From the human T2T-CHM13v2.0 reference genome, Homo sapiens: a stretch of 64,000 bases of DNA. A model generated the notes under the pieces. The model was not told the origin of the DNA. It saw nothing but the letters and a program-made list of their open reading frames with translations, and did not search any database. The DNA is taken from NCBI RefSeq assembly GCF_009914755.1, contig NC_060932.1; one strand, written 5' to 3'. A program made the translations under genes and the position numbers. The first letter of the stretch is position 1. Every line of letters starts with the position of its first letter. Positions 54,568-64,000 of the stretch are shown here, in pieces.

Positions 54568-54812
54568 AAATCCTATAGAGATAAAAAGCAGATTACTGGT
54601 TGCCATGGGCTGGCGGCAGGAAGAATGGAGAGTGACTGCTTAAGGGGCATGGGGCTTCCGTTTTGGTGCTGAAAATGTTTTGAAACTAGACGGTGGTGAT
54701 GATCGCACAGCACTGTGAATATAATAAGTGCCACTGAATTTTACTCTTTAATAAGGGTCAAAATAGCAGACTTTGTGTTAGGAGTATTTCAACACAATTA
54801 AAAAAGAAAAAA
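54568..54812 (+). mobile_element. L1MB-like 3' end
   Basis: gcagattactggttgcc...gaaaatgttttgaaactaga...ccactgaattttactcttt...cacaattaaaaaa. Confidence 0.85.
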
Positions 54813-55499
54813 TAGTGCTGGAACTCCAGCCAAGTCTCCTCACTCAAGCCCAGCTCTCCTTCCCCAGCAGCTGTGGCTCACACAACCCAGCACAAACTCT
54901 TCCCCAAGGGTTGAGAACATCTTTTAAGGACAGTCAAAAACAGACAACCCCAAAATGCCCCACCCTGTCTGCAGAGTAGAACACTCAATGAACATCAGTG
55001 CTGTGCGGCCAAAGAGCCTGAGAATTACAAATGGTCACATCTGGAAGATTCTATTCTGCCCAGAGCAGCAAGGAGCTTGTTTACTGGGTGAGTGTCAAAT
55101 TAAGGGTAACACTCTAAAATACTGAACTCCACTCTTCAGCTCATTAGGGAACTTTAATCTTTGAAATTTGTAAACCCTTCTTGAGGTTATTTATATGTTC
55201 CACCTGTGCAATATCTATTGGAGATAGAGAGTTGCAGGAATTTAATACTACTCATTGAGTAAAGTAGGTTCCCTTCAGTTCTCCTAAAATTATCTCCTGT
55301 CAAGTTTTATGGGGATGCAGGAGAAGGAGGGATTTAGGACTAAGATGTTAGGATTTTGACATACACTCCATCTTTCATAACTGAAAATGTTTCATCCCAT
55401 CCTCTGCCAGTCTTGATCTTTCCAGAGTTAAGAATCCCAATTGCTGTCCCATCACTCTTGATCATTAGTAGCCTTTCCTACCACTTGTATATGTTTCTC

Positions 55500-55539
<40 letters not shown>
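55500..55539. repeat. (TC)n microsatellite
   Basis: Read directly. Confidence 0.95.
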
Positions 55540-55542
<3 letters not shown>

Positions 55543-57308
55543 GGGGGAGTAATTAGAATGTCTTGAGATATTAGAAAAAGAGATAGAAGCAGCAGCATCT
55601 ACGATTACCGAATCTGCTCTCTGCTTGGCCAGCAGATTCATAAAGGAATTGGAGACTCACATCCTCTTCCTGGTCCTGTCAGCTCCCAGGCACCACATGA
55701 CCCAGCTCCTGCCTTGCTCTCCAGCCTCATCTCCATCACTCTGCTCGTTGCTTGCAATGCTCCAGGTGTCCTGGCTTCTTTCACCTTTCAAATGTGTCCA
55801 GAATCTTTGAACCACAGAGCTCTAGACATGCTCCCCACTTCACAGAAGCAAAGCTGTGCCTGTTACAGAGAAAATGTGCACAATGTAACATCTAAAATCC
55901 TGACCACATTCTGGGCTCTGGGAATTCACAGATGAACGAAACACAGTCTCTGCCCTCAAGGAACTCTCAATCTAGTGGCAAAGACAAGAAAGTAAAGCAA
56001 TGATCACAACAGCAAGCACCACTGCAGTCCAATGCTGCACTGGAAGGACAGCATATTTGGGCGGCACAGAGGAGAGTCATGGGATCCAGGTCAGGGGCAT
56101 CAAGAAAGGCTTCCTAGAGGAGGTGATATCTGGCATGAGCTTTGAAGGCCGAGTAGGGGCTCTCTACTGGTGGAGGAGACCCCTTCCAGGTAGAACAAAC
56201 TGCATGGGCAGAAGCACTGAGGAATGAGAGTGGTCCAGGAGCCGAGAGTAAGTGGACCAAGATGAGTTTAGGGGGAATGGAATGAGGGAACTCAAGCAGC
56301 CAGGTCTTTTCAGAGCTTCCCCAGTGCCAAGACAAGAGCAAGTGGGAACACCAGGGCACCTGCCTCCAAGAGTCTGGAGCTGACAAATGGAGCTGCTGCT
56401 ATTAACACTGTGGGCTGAGATGCCTTCTCTCATCTCCTTCCTGTGGAGCAAATATGCCTTTGTCATCCAGGTCCTGAAGGCAGTCAACACTAAATACCCA
56501 CTTATTAGAGACCTGCAATGTGCCAGACATGAAGCTGAGTGCTGGAGAAGATAAAAAGAAAATATTTCATGGCAGCTTACATGCGACACATTCACACACA
56601 TGCACACACACATGCACATGCACACTCACGTTCAGGTTCACATACACGCACACTTACATCATACCGGAGAGCAGCCTCAACCTCACCTTCAAAACTGACA
56701 AGCTGTCCCCTGCTAATGAGAGCCAAAAGCCACAACTCCTCCTGCTCCAAGTCCCCCACTCACTCCAATACCTCCTTAAAGATGCCTCAAGATCCATTAA
56801 CCCAGACAGAAATTTCCATTTTACTATGAGAAGAAAGGTTTCAACTACAACCACGTGGGAGAGTCAACATCTCACCTGAACACCTCTCACCCTGTGGTGT
56901 CAGTGAGCAAATAAATAACTTTATGGTTAAGTGTGGGTCCAACTCTCTAATCAGGCTGTACATACCTGGAAGGCAAATCCTCTTAGCCCCCAGTTCCAAT
57001 TTTAGACACTGTCACCCATGTGTCTTGGATAAGTGAGACTGTGGTTCGGTGTGCCCCACTCTGCCTTTCTCATTGTCTTCCTGGGTTGCTGGCAGCCCTC
57101 AGTGTCGGACCCCCATGGTCACCACCACTGTGAAGGCTCTCTCAGACTCCCTTGATGGTACCAGAGCACCTTGCACAGGCCCCTGCATAGCAGAGGTCCC
57201 ATCTTATCACTCTTGCTGATGTTTCCCTCCTAGACAGGGCACTCCTCAAAGGCAGGGGCTCTGTTTCATTCATTTCTCTCTCCCCACAACATCAAACACC
57301 ATGCCAGG

Positions 57309-57596
57309 TGCATTAGTACATTTTCACGCTGCTGATAAAGACTGGAGAATTTATAAAGAAAATGAGGCTTAATGGACTCACAGTTCCACGGGGCGGGGGA
57401 GGCCTCACAGTCATGTAAGGGAAACCCATTATAAAACCATCAGATCTCATGAGACTTATTCACAACCACAAGAACAGTATGGGGAAAACCACCCCCATGA
57501 TTCAGTTACCTCCACGGGGGTCCCTCCAACACATGGGAATTATGAGAGCTACAATTCAAGATGAGATTTGGGTGGGGACAGAGCCAAACCATATCA
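57309..57596 (-). mobile_element. THE1 solo LTR (THE1B-like, internally deleted), inserted in an L2 3' end
   Basis: ataaaaccatcagatctcatgagacttattcac...gatgagatttgggtggggacagagccaaaccatatca; perfect TSD ccagg (57304-57308, 57597-57601). Confidence 0.93.
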
Positions 57597-58389
57597 CCAG
57601 GCACATGGCAAAAACTAGATTTTACAATGTAAGATAAATGAATCACGGAAGTCAAAGGCGTATGGTTTCTAGCTCATGGAAAAGTTGCTGTAATGTATAG
57701 TCCAGTTCCCCAATTGCCCCTGCGCCCGTAAATCACAGTCGGCACTTTTGTTGTAGCTCTGTTAGACAGCACGATTCCTAAAGATGGTAATCTCTGGTGA
57801 CAGATGGGTTGGTTCACTGAACTGCCTCATACAATGCCACCTTCCTCCAGCAGCAACGAGACCCTGGGCATGACCACATTGGATCAGACCCTGGAGCATG
57901 TAGCCCACTGCTATCTCCAGCAATAGCCTCAAGGGCTGGTGCCACATAGAGAAGCACATGGGGCAATTTGCTGCATTATCCAGAGGGCAGGGCCCCTGCC
58001 TGTGCTGCCACCAACAGCCACAAGCATCTGCTGTTCTCCTGCATTAGACCAAGGACCAGCACCTGCTAATTCCCCATCTGGCCATCCCAGGACAGAGCTT
58101 AAAAGTAAGACAAAGAGTGCAAGTTCAACAGCAAGATGTCATTAGCCCACTTTTCCTGTTTTCTTCTTCAAAGTAAAACTAAATACTCCGCAAATAATTC
58201 AACAGACAATCACAAAAGAACGCTTAAAGGTGGGGAGAGGGTCACATAAGGACCTCAAGACCTAAAAAATGATACTGCAGCAAGTCCCCTGAGTTTTTTA
58301 TCCCCTGCACATGCCAGCCTGGGTACTGGAGAGCCCTGCAAGCGGAACCACCAAGTATGGACAGAAGATTTAAAAAGAAAGGAAACAGG

Positions 58390-58668
<279 letters not shown>

Positions 58669-58669
<1 letters not shown>

Positions 58670-58812
58670 AGAAAGAAAGAAAGGAAGAAAGAGAGAAAGA
58701 AAGAGAGGAGGGAAGGAAGGAAAGAAGGAAGGAAGGAAGGAAGGAAGGAAGGAAGGAAGGAAGGAAGGAAGGAAGGAAGAAGGGAAGGAAGGAAGGAAGG
58801 AAGGAAGGGAAA
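58669..58812. repeat. (GGAA)n microsatellite in the Alu tail
   Basis: 13 consecutive GGAA at 58727-58778 and 6 more at 58783-58806. Confidence 0.95.
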
Positions 58813-59203
58813 CAAACAGGAGCTGTGAGGGGGGAAGCCCCAGGAGACTTGTCAGGAAAACCCACATCACGTGGCAATGGTGCCCAACCTACCCACAGCA
58901 GCTTCATCAGCACGGCCCAAGCAGCCCAGCCCATCACTCCCCCATTGGGCAAGCTTGGTCACTGTCTACCCACCTCCCACCCCACTGAAATGCTGCACCT
59001 CAATCCCCTTGCAGGCCTGTGCTGCCCTCTACTACCTGCTGGAGTTCCAGGGTTCGTTCCACACTCCTCTCGGGTCAGAGCCCAGGCTGTTCCAACTGCT
59101 CTGCTGCAATGCACCTCCCTGCTCTGGGTACCTCTTGGAGCCTTTGGGAGTGCCCATGCTGCAGCTGCCACCTACTCTTATTCCATCCCAGATTATCAAG
59201 ATA

Positions 59204-59282
59204 TTAGGTTGATGCAAAAGTAATTACAGTTTTGCCATTACTTTTAATGGTAAAAACAGCAATTACTTTTGCACCAACCCAA
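59204..59282. mobile_element. MADE1 (Hsmar1-derived MITE), full length
   Basis: ttaggttgatgcaaaagtaattacagttttgccattacttttaatggtaaaaacagcaattacttttgcaccaacccaa; palindromic; TA TSD on both sides. Confidence 0.95.
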
Positions 59283-59392
59283 TACCTTTCTTCTTAGTGA
59301 CACTCTTTTGCAGGGGTCCCCCAATTAGAGAATTTGAGGAAACACCCCAAAGCTGCTCCCTCCCCAACATATACACATACCACCCCCCCGCC

Positions 59393-59741
59393 CAATATGG
59401 TTTGACTACGTCTCCACCCAAATGTCGAATTGTAGCTCCCATAATTCCCATGTGTCGTGGGAGGGACCCGGTGGGAGGTAATTGAATCATGGGGGCGGGT
59501 CTTTCCTGTGCTGTTCTTATGATAGTAAATAAGTCTCATGAGATCTGATGGGTTTATAAAGGGGAGTTCCCCTGCACATGCGCTCTTGCCTGCCACCATG
59601 TGAGTCATGACTTTCATCTTCCCCCATGATTGTGAGGCCTCTTCAGCCACATGGAACTGTGAGTCCATTAAACCTCTTTTTCTTTATAAATTACTCCGTC
59701 TTGGGTATGTCTTTTTAGCAGCATGAGAACAGACTAATACA
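59393..59741 (+). mobile_element. THE1 solo LTR (THE1B/C-like)
   Basis: atatggtttg...gggagggacccggtgggaggtaattgaatcatgggg...ggaactgtgagtccattaaacctc...cagactaataca. Confidence 0.93.
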
Positions 59742-60723
59742 GAAATAGGGTTGAGGGCTCACAAATAATAGCTCCTACACTCACCAAATCACTCCACAGG
59801 TCCCTGAGCCTTGAGTCTGCCTCTGAGTGCCTTCCTGGGATTCTGCCAGCCAGGGTCTCTTTTACGCAGCTTCACTTCCCACCTGGTAGTTTGGCCTCTG
59901 CTTCCCGATGCCCGCTTTCAGTTTACCTGACATATCTGATCATGTCTAAACCCCAAATTTAGACATGGCTGGAGCGTCTTCCCCCACAGGAAGTTTTTAG
60001 CCACCATTCACGTCAGTGGATGCACATTTGATTTGCAGGGTTGTCCTGCAAATAGTCCACATGCAAAAATAAATCACAATATCACCTACTGGCTACCCTG
60101 GACTTCTGCTACACATTTTGCTTAGATGAGTTTCTTCATATATAACTCCCACGTTTCCCATAGAAAATTAGTCTGGCCCTTTAAAAAGGAAACTTGCAAA
60201 GTCAATTCACCAGTCCCAGCTTAAGGAACTCTTTGGAATCAATAGGAACAGAGTAGCACCAGCCCGGGATGGCAGGGCAGAGGGGATCCAGAGAAGATGC
60301 CTGCCCTCCGCAGGAAGCCACAGGGGGAGATTTGCTCCAGCTCACAATTTGAAAGTCTTCGTTCTGAGGAATTTAATTATAGCTAATAGCGAGGATTAAT
60401 TGCTTTGTACTGTCTTAGTATAAATAAATACTTTCTTCATTTGTCTTTATGCTGCTGTTTCAATCCCAAGGCCCAAGTTCACATGAGTGTATTAGATAGA
60501 TATGCTCTACCCAGTTCACCCCAGGTGGCTTAAACTAGATAAAGCAAGACCAGAAAACTCAAGGAGGCTGCTCCTGCCCCTGAATGCTGATGGGTAGCCA
60601 GTGACCTCATGTGGAAAGGTCTTGGACTGCTTACACATATTGTCGTAGGCTTACGGGTTTCACAAACATCACTAAACCCTGTGTGTGGTAGAATCTCCTT
60701 TTGTTTGTCCTACAACTATAAGG

Positions 60724-60890
60724 CAATGTTTCCCAATGTGCAATCCACAGTCTTCCTGCAACAAAAATCATCCTGGGTTCTTGTTAAAAAGGAATATTTC
60801 TGGGTGCTACTGAGACCTTCTGAATCAGCATCTCTGGGGGTGTGGCCAGGATGTGACATTTTAAATAAGCTCCCCCAGATATTCTAAGTG
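60724..60890. mobile_element. MER5A-like hAT MITE
   Basis: aatcatcctgggttcttgttaaaa...tctgaatcagcatctctgggg...ttttaaataagctcccc. Confidence 0.7.
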
Positions 60891-60941
60891 TTGGTCTATA
60901 CTCTTAGTAATTTTTGACTTATGCTGTCCTTCTTACAAGAT

Positions 60942-61010
60942 CATGATGGTGATGATGATGTTGATGATGATGGAGGAAATGGGGAGGATGATGGTGGTGG
61001 TGGTGATGGA
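60942..61010. repeat. (GAT/GGT)n simple repeat
   Basis: Read directly. Confidence 0.85.
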
Positions 61011-62504
61011 AGATACAATAAAATTCCTTCGTATGTCCTTGGTTCTCAACCATTTACAGAGCTCTTTATTGCATTTAGTTCTCACGGAGATTTCATTGTT
61101 ACAATCCCATTTACAGATGAGGGAGGAGCTGAGATTTACAGAGAGGTTAGAAGACTTCTGAAGCTCAGCAAAGCATTTACTCTGGGTTGTTTTCCTGAAA
61201 TGACAGACTTATAGGAATCAACTTACTCTTATCCTGTCCCACCCCCTAAAAACCACAAGCTAGAGGTGCCAGGCCAGACCTGACTGGGTCTCAGGTTAGG
61301 CCCAGAGAATCATTCTTCTGAATGACTACACACATGACCCTCAGGCATGTTCTATGCAGCCTGGAAGACTCCAAACTCCTGAGCCAACTGCTACTTACCT
61401 GGTAAAGGCCTGTAAGCCTCCTCACCCCACATACTCATCAGAAAAACTGCATGACAGTCAGAACTGGTGTTATTTGTGACTGTGCCTCTGCCACCTAATG
61501 TGTGTCCCTGGCAAGTCACCTAACTAAACCTCATCTCCTGTAAAATGATAGGTTAATAAGATTAAGTGGAAATAATGCTATTGAACGTTCTTTGCAATTG
61601 TAAAGTGCATAAACGTGACTCTTATTGTTAATATCATTACAATCTTTTGAGTTTCATGTTCAGACCTCCTTCCATGTTCTTCCTCCTTCCATCTCTCTCC
61701 ACCCTCTCCCTGGCCTGGTCATCACCATGTTTGCCCAAGCTGGGAGCCAAGGGTCCAGCACCTCAGCAAAGAATGGCTCACAGTAATTCAAAAGCTGTTT
61801 TTCCTCCGCATGTTTTAGCAGTCCAGAAAGGCAAGTCACAGCCATAAATTGTGTACAGAAAGGACAGCATGTCACCAAAGGGGCCATTACCTCCTTAGAA
61901 GTCAAGCAACATAGATTAGAATGAAAATTATTTGGGATCTTCATCAGTCGGCTGAAATTGTTCAAGGCTCAGCAATTCACTGAGGTTTGCCACTGGGTCA
62001 TTGATTTTAGTAGTGTGTGTATATGTGTGTGTTTGTGTGTGTGTGTGCGTGCGTATGCACATGCTCCATCTTTCATTGTGGCTCAAAACAGGAAAGAACA
62101 ACAGAGACCATTACAAGTTCTGTGGGCCTGAGATTGCTCTGAAGATCTGGGTCTGGTGGTTCTCAGCCTGATTTAGTCTAGCAGAGTCCTCCTGGGGACA
62201 CAAGGAGGTCTCCACAAGGCAGAAGGCCATGGAGGGAGAAGGCTCCATATGAGACTTCTGAGAAACACCTGCTCAGAACACAGAAAAACTATAGGCAAGG
62301 ACAGGACAACCTAGAAGCCAAGGACACCATTACAGATGAGGCTTCAGATTCAGCACCACGGAGCTCAGTGTACTCACCCCAGGTCTCAGTGGAACCCGGA
62401 AGCACAAGAGCAGCCATGGCCCTACCTGACCCAAGATCTAGTTGTCCAGTCCTGTGTGTTGGACTCCTGGGTCAGAACAGTCATGTAAAAGGAAGAACAA
62501 GAAT

Positions 62505-62990
62505 AAAACCACATGCTGATCAAGTGCTCACTATGTGCCAGGCACTGTGCTAAGTATTTCACGTGCATTATCTCATTTGATCCTACAAAACCCCTAGGAA
62601 CTAAATTCTAGTATTAATATTATCCCCAGTTAATAGATAAGCAAACTGATTAAGTGCCCACTGGTTAAGGGCCTTACTCAAGATCACAGAACCCATCATG
62701 GGGAAGCCACAATGCATACTCAAGTCTTCCTCCAGAACCACACACTTCACTGAGTTCTGCACTCAGCCCTTTACGCAGGCCCTGGCCCAGAGGTTAAAAA
62801 CTCAAGTTCTGGGGCTGGACTACCTGGTTCAATGCTCTGCTCTGCTATTCACTACCTATGCACTTTCACCTCTTTGGACTCTGTTTTTCTAGTTATAAAA
62901 TAGGTATAATCCATATCATAGAGCTTTGAATGAATCAATATATGCAAAGTCCTTCTTAGAGAACGTACAAGTGTTCAGTAAGTGAGCATT
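62505..62990. mobile_element. Two MIR fragments in opposite orientation
   Basis: gtgctcactatgtgccaggcactgtgctaag... (minus); ggttaaaaactcaagttctggggctggactacctggttcaa... (plus). Confidence 0.6.
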
Positions 62991-63009
62991 TAAAACTGAG
63001 TTGATTTTA

Positions 63010-63375
63010 AGGAGGCCAAAAAGCCAAACAGGAGCAATGAGGCAACCCAGAGATTAGCAATGGCAAACTACCACTTACATCCCTATGCTGCTGGGACAAA
63101 GGAGGCCTCTGGATTGAGGGACCCAGGAGCCTGGTCACCTGGCAGACCTGCTTACTGGGTGCCAGAAACCTAGAATTGCAGCCAGTTCTGGAAATGCTGT
63201 CCAAGGCAGAGAAGGAGAAATGCCCTGGCTTCTTCCTCCCAGCTCCCAGCTCCTGCCAGTCTCCCATTGGCTGAGACCAGCTGGAAACCTGCTGACCCAG
63301 GGGCTGGAAGACACAGCCTATGAGAGTTAGGCCCTGCCAAGCAGAGCAGCGTGGGGCCAGGGCATAGAGTGAGTC
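63010..63375. mobile_element. ERVL LTR fragment (LTR16-like)
   Basis: ctcctgccagtctcccattggctgagaccagctggaaacc motif; diverged. Confidence 0.45.
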
Positions 63376-63404
63376 AGAAAACAGCAGGCTTGGAATGGGC
63401 ATGA

Positions 63405-63790
63405 CCTGTCTTAAGGACAAAATCCAAACTCCTTAGCATGGCCTGTACAGCCCGGGCTGTGGCACCCCGCCAACCGTGCCTCTCTATGCTGTGGCATCCC
63501 AGAGCCCAGTTCCTGCCTGCCTCGGGGGCTCCATGCATGCCTCTACCTATCCTGTTTCTCGCACTCCTAGTTCCACTCATCCCTACTCATTCTTCAAGTC
63601 TTTAAATGTCACTTCCTCTGAGGGGCCTGTTCTCTGCTATCTAGAATAGGACCCCCCTCTCAGTAATTTCAAACTCAGCACTCTCTTTTTTCCCTTCATA
63701 GCATTTTTACCCTTCACTTTTCCCAAAACCTAGCACAGGGTCTGGTACAGAACAGGCGTCAACACCTGCTTGTTGAGTGAGTGCATGAAT
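63405..63790 (+). mobile_element. L2 3' fragment
   Basis: aaatccaaactccttagcatggcct...aaatgtcacttcctctgagg...cctagcacagggtctgg...tgttgagtga. Confidence 0.75.
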
Positions 63791-64000
63791 ATGCTGATCA
63801 GCCTTCATTCACCAGGCCAGACGAATGCTCAGAAGAGCCAGCCACAGGGCCAGCTTCCCAGAGGTCCCAGGCCCCTGGACTCCTCACTGCCTCTTCTAAA
63901 TGCCCAAGAGCACAGCTCTACCTTGGGTCACTCAAAAACTGCTGCCACTCCCAAGAAATTCTGGCTGTAGGCCAAGGGCAGGATCACCTGGGTAGGACCT

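Noticed and set aside
60921-61214. Asp/Gly-rich 97-aa ORF
   Set aside because: Formed by a (GAT/GGT)n repeat running into MIR-like sequence.

Overview
This is primate (almost certainly human-like) non-coding genomic DNA. It is CpG-depleted, has no CpG island, and contains no protein-coding exon, RNA gene or CRISPR array that I can support. About half of the window is recognisable transposon debris: roughly 12 Alu or Alu-monomer copies, young and old L1s, L2/MIR fragments, many MaLR LTRs (MLT1, MST, THE1), an ERVL pol remnant and DNA transposons (hAT-Charlie MER5/MER33-like, Tigger3a-like, MADE1). Several insertions are nested and have readable target-site duplications (TSDs). The long ORFs I could trace come from repeats. 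I found no new multi-gene system. The most unusual structure is in an ancient MLT1 provirus-like element (16.5-19.2 kb): its 3' LTR carries a gap-free, 95%-identical inverted copy of 121 bp from the 5' LTR, flanked by a micro-tandem repeat and a fold-back hairpin. This points to a young template-switch rearrangement that could form a long RNA duplex. Other points of interest are a clean twin-primed L1PA insertion, a perfect nuclear-receptor DR1 site in unique sequence, a 650-bp TGAA/TGAG array with higher-order units, GGAA microsatellites grown from Alu tails and a full-length MADE1 hairpin. Subfamily names are from recalled consensus features, not from a database search, and boundaries of old elements are approximate.
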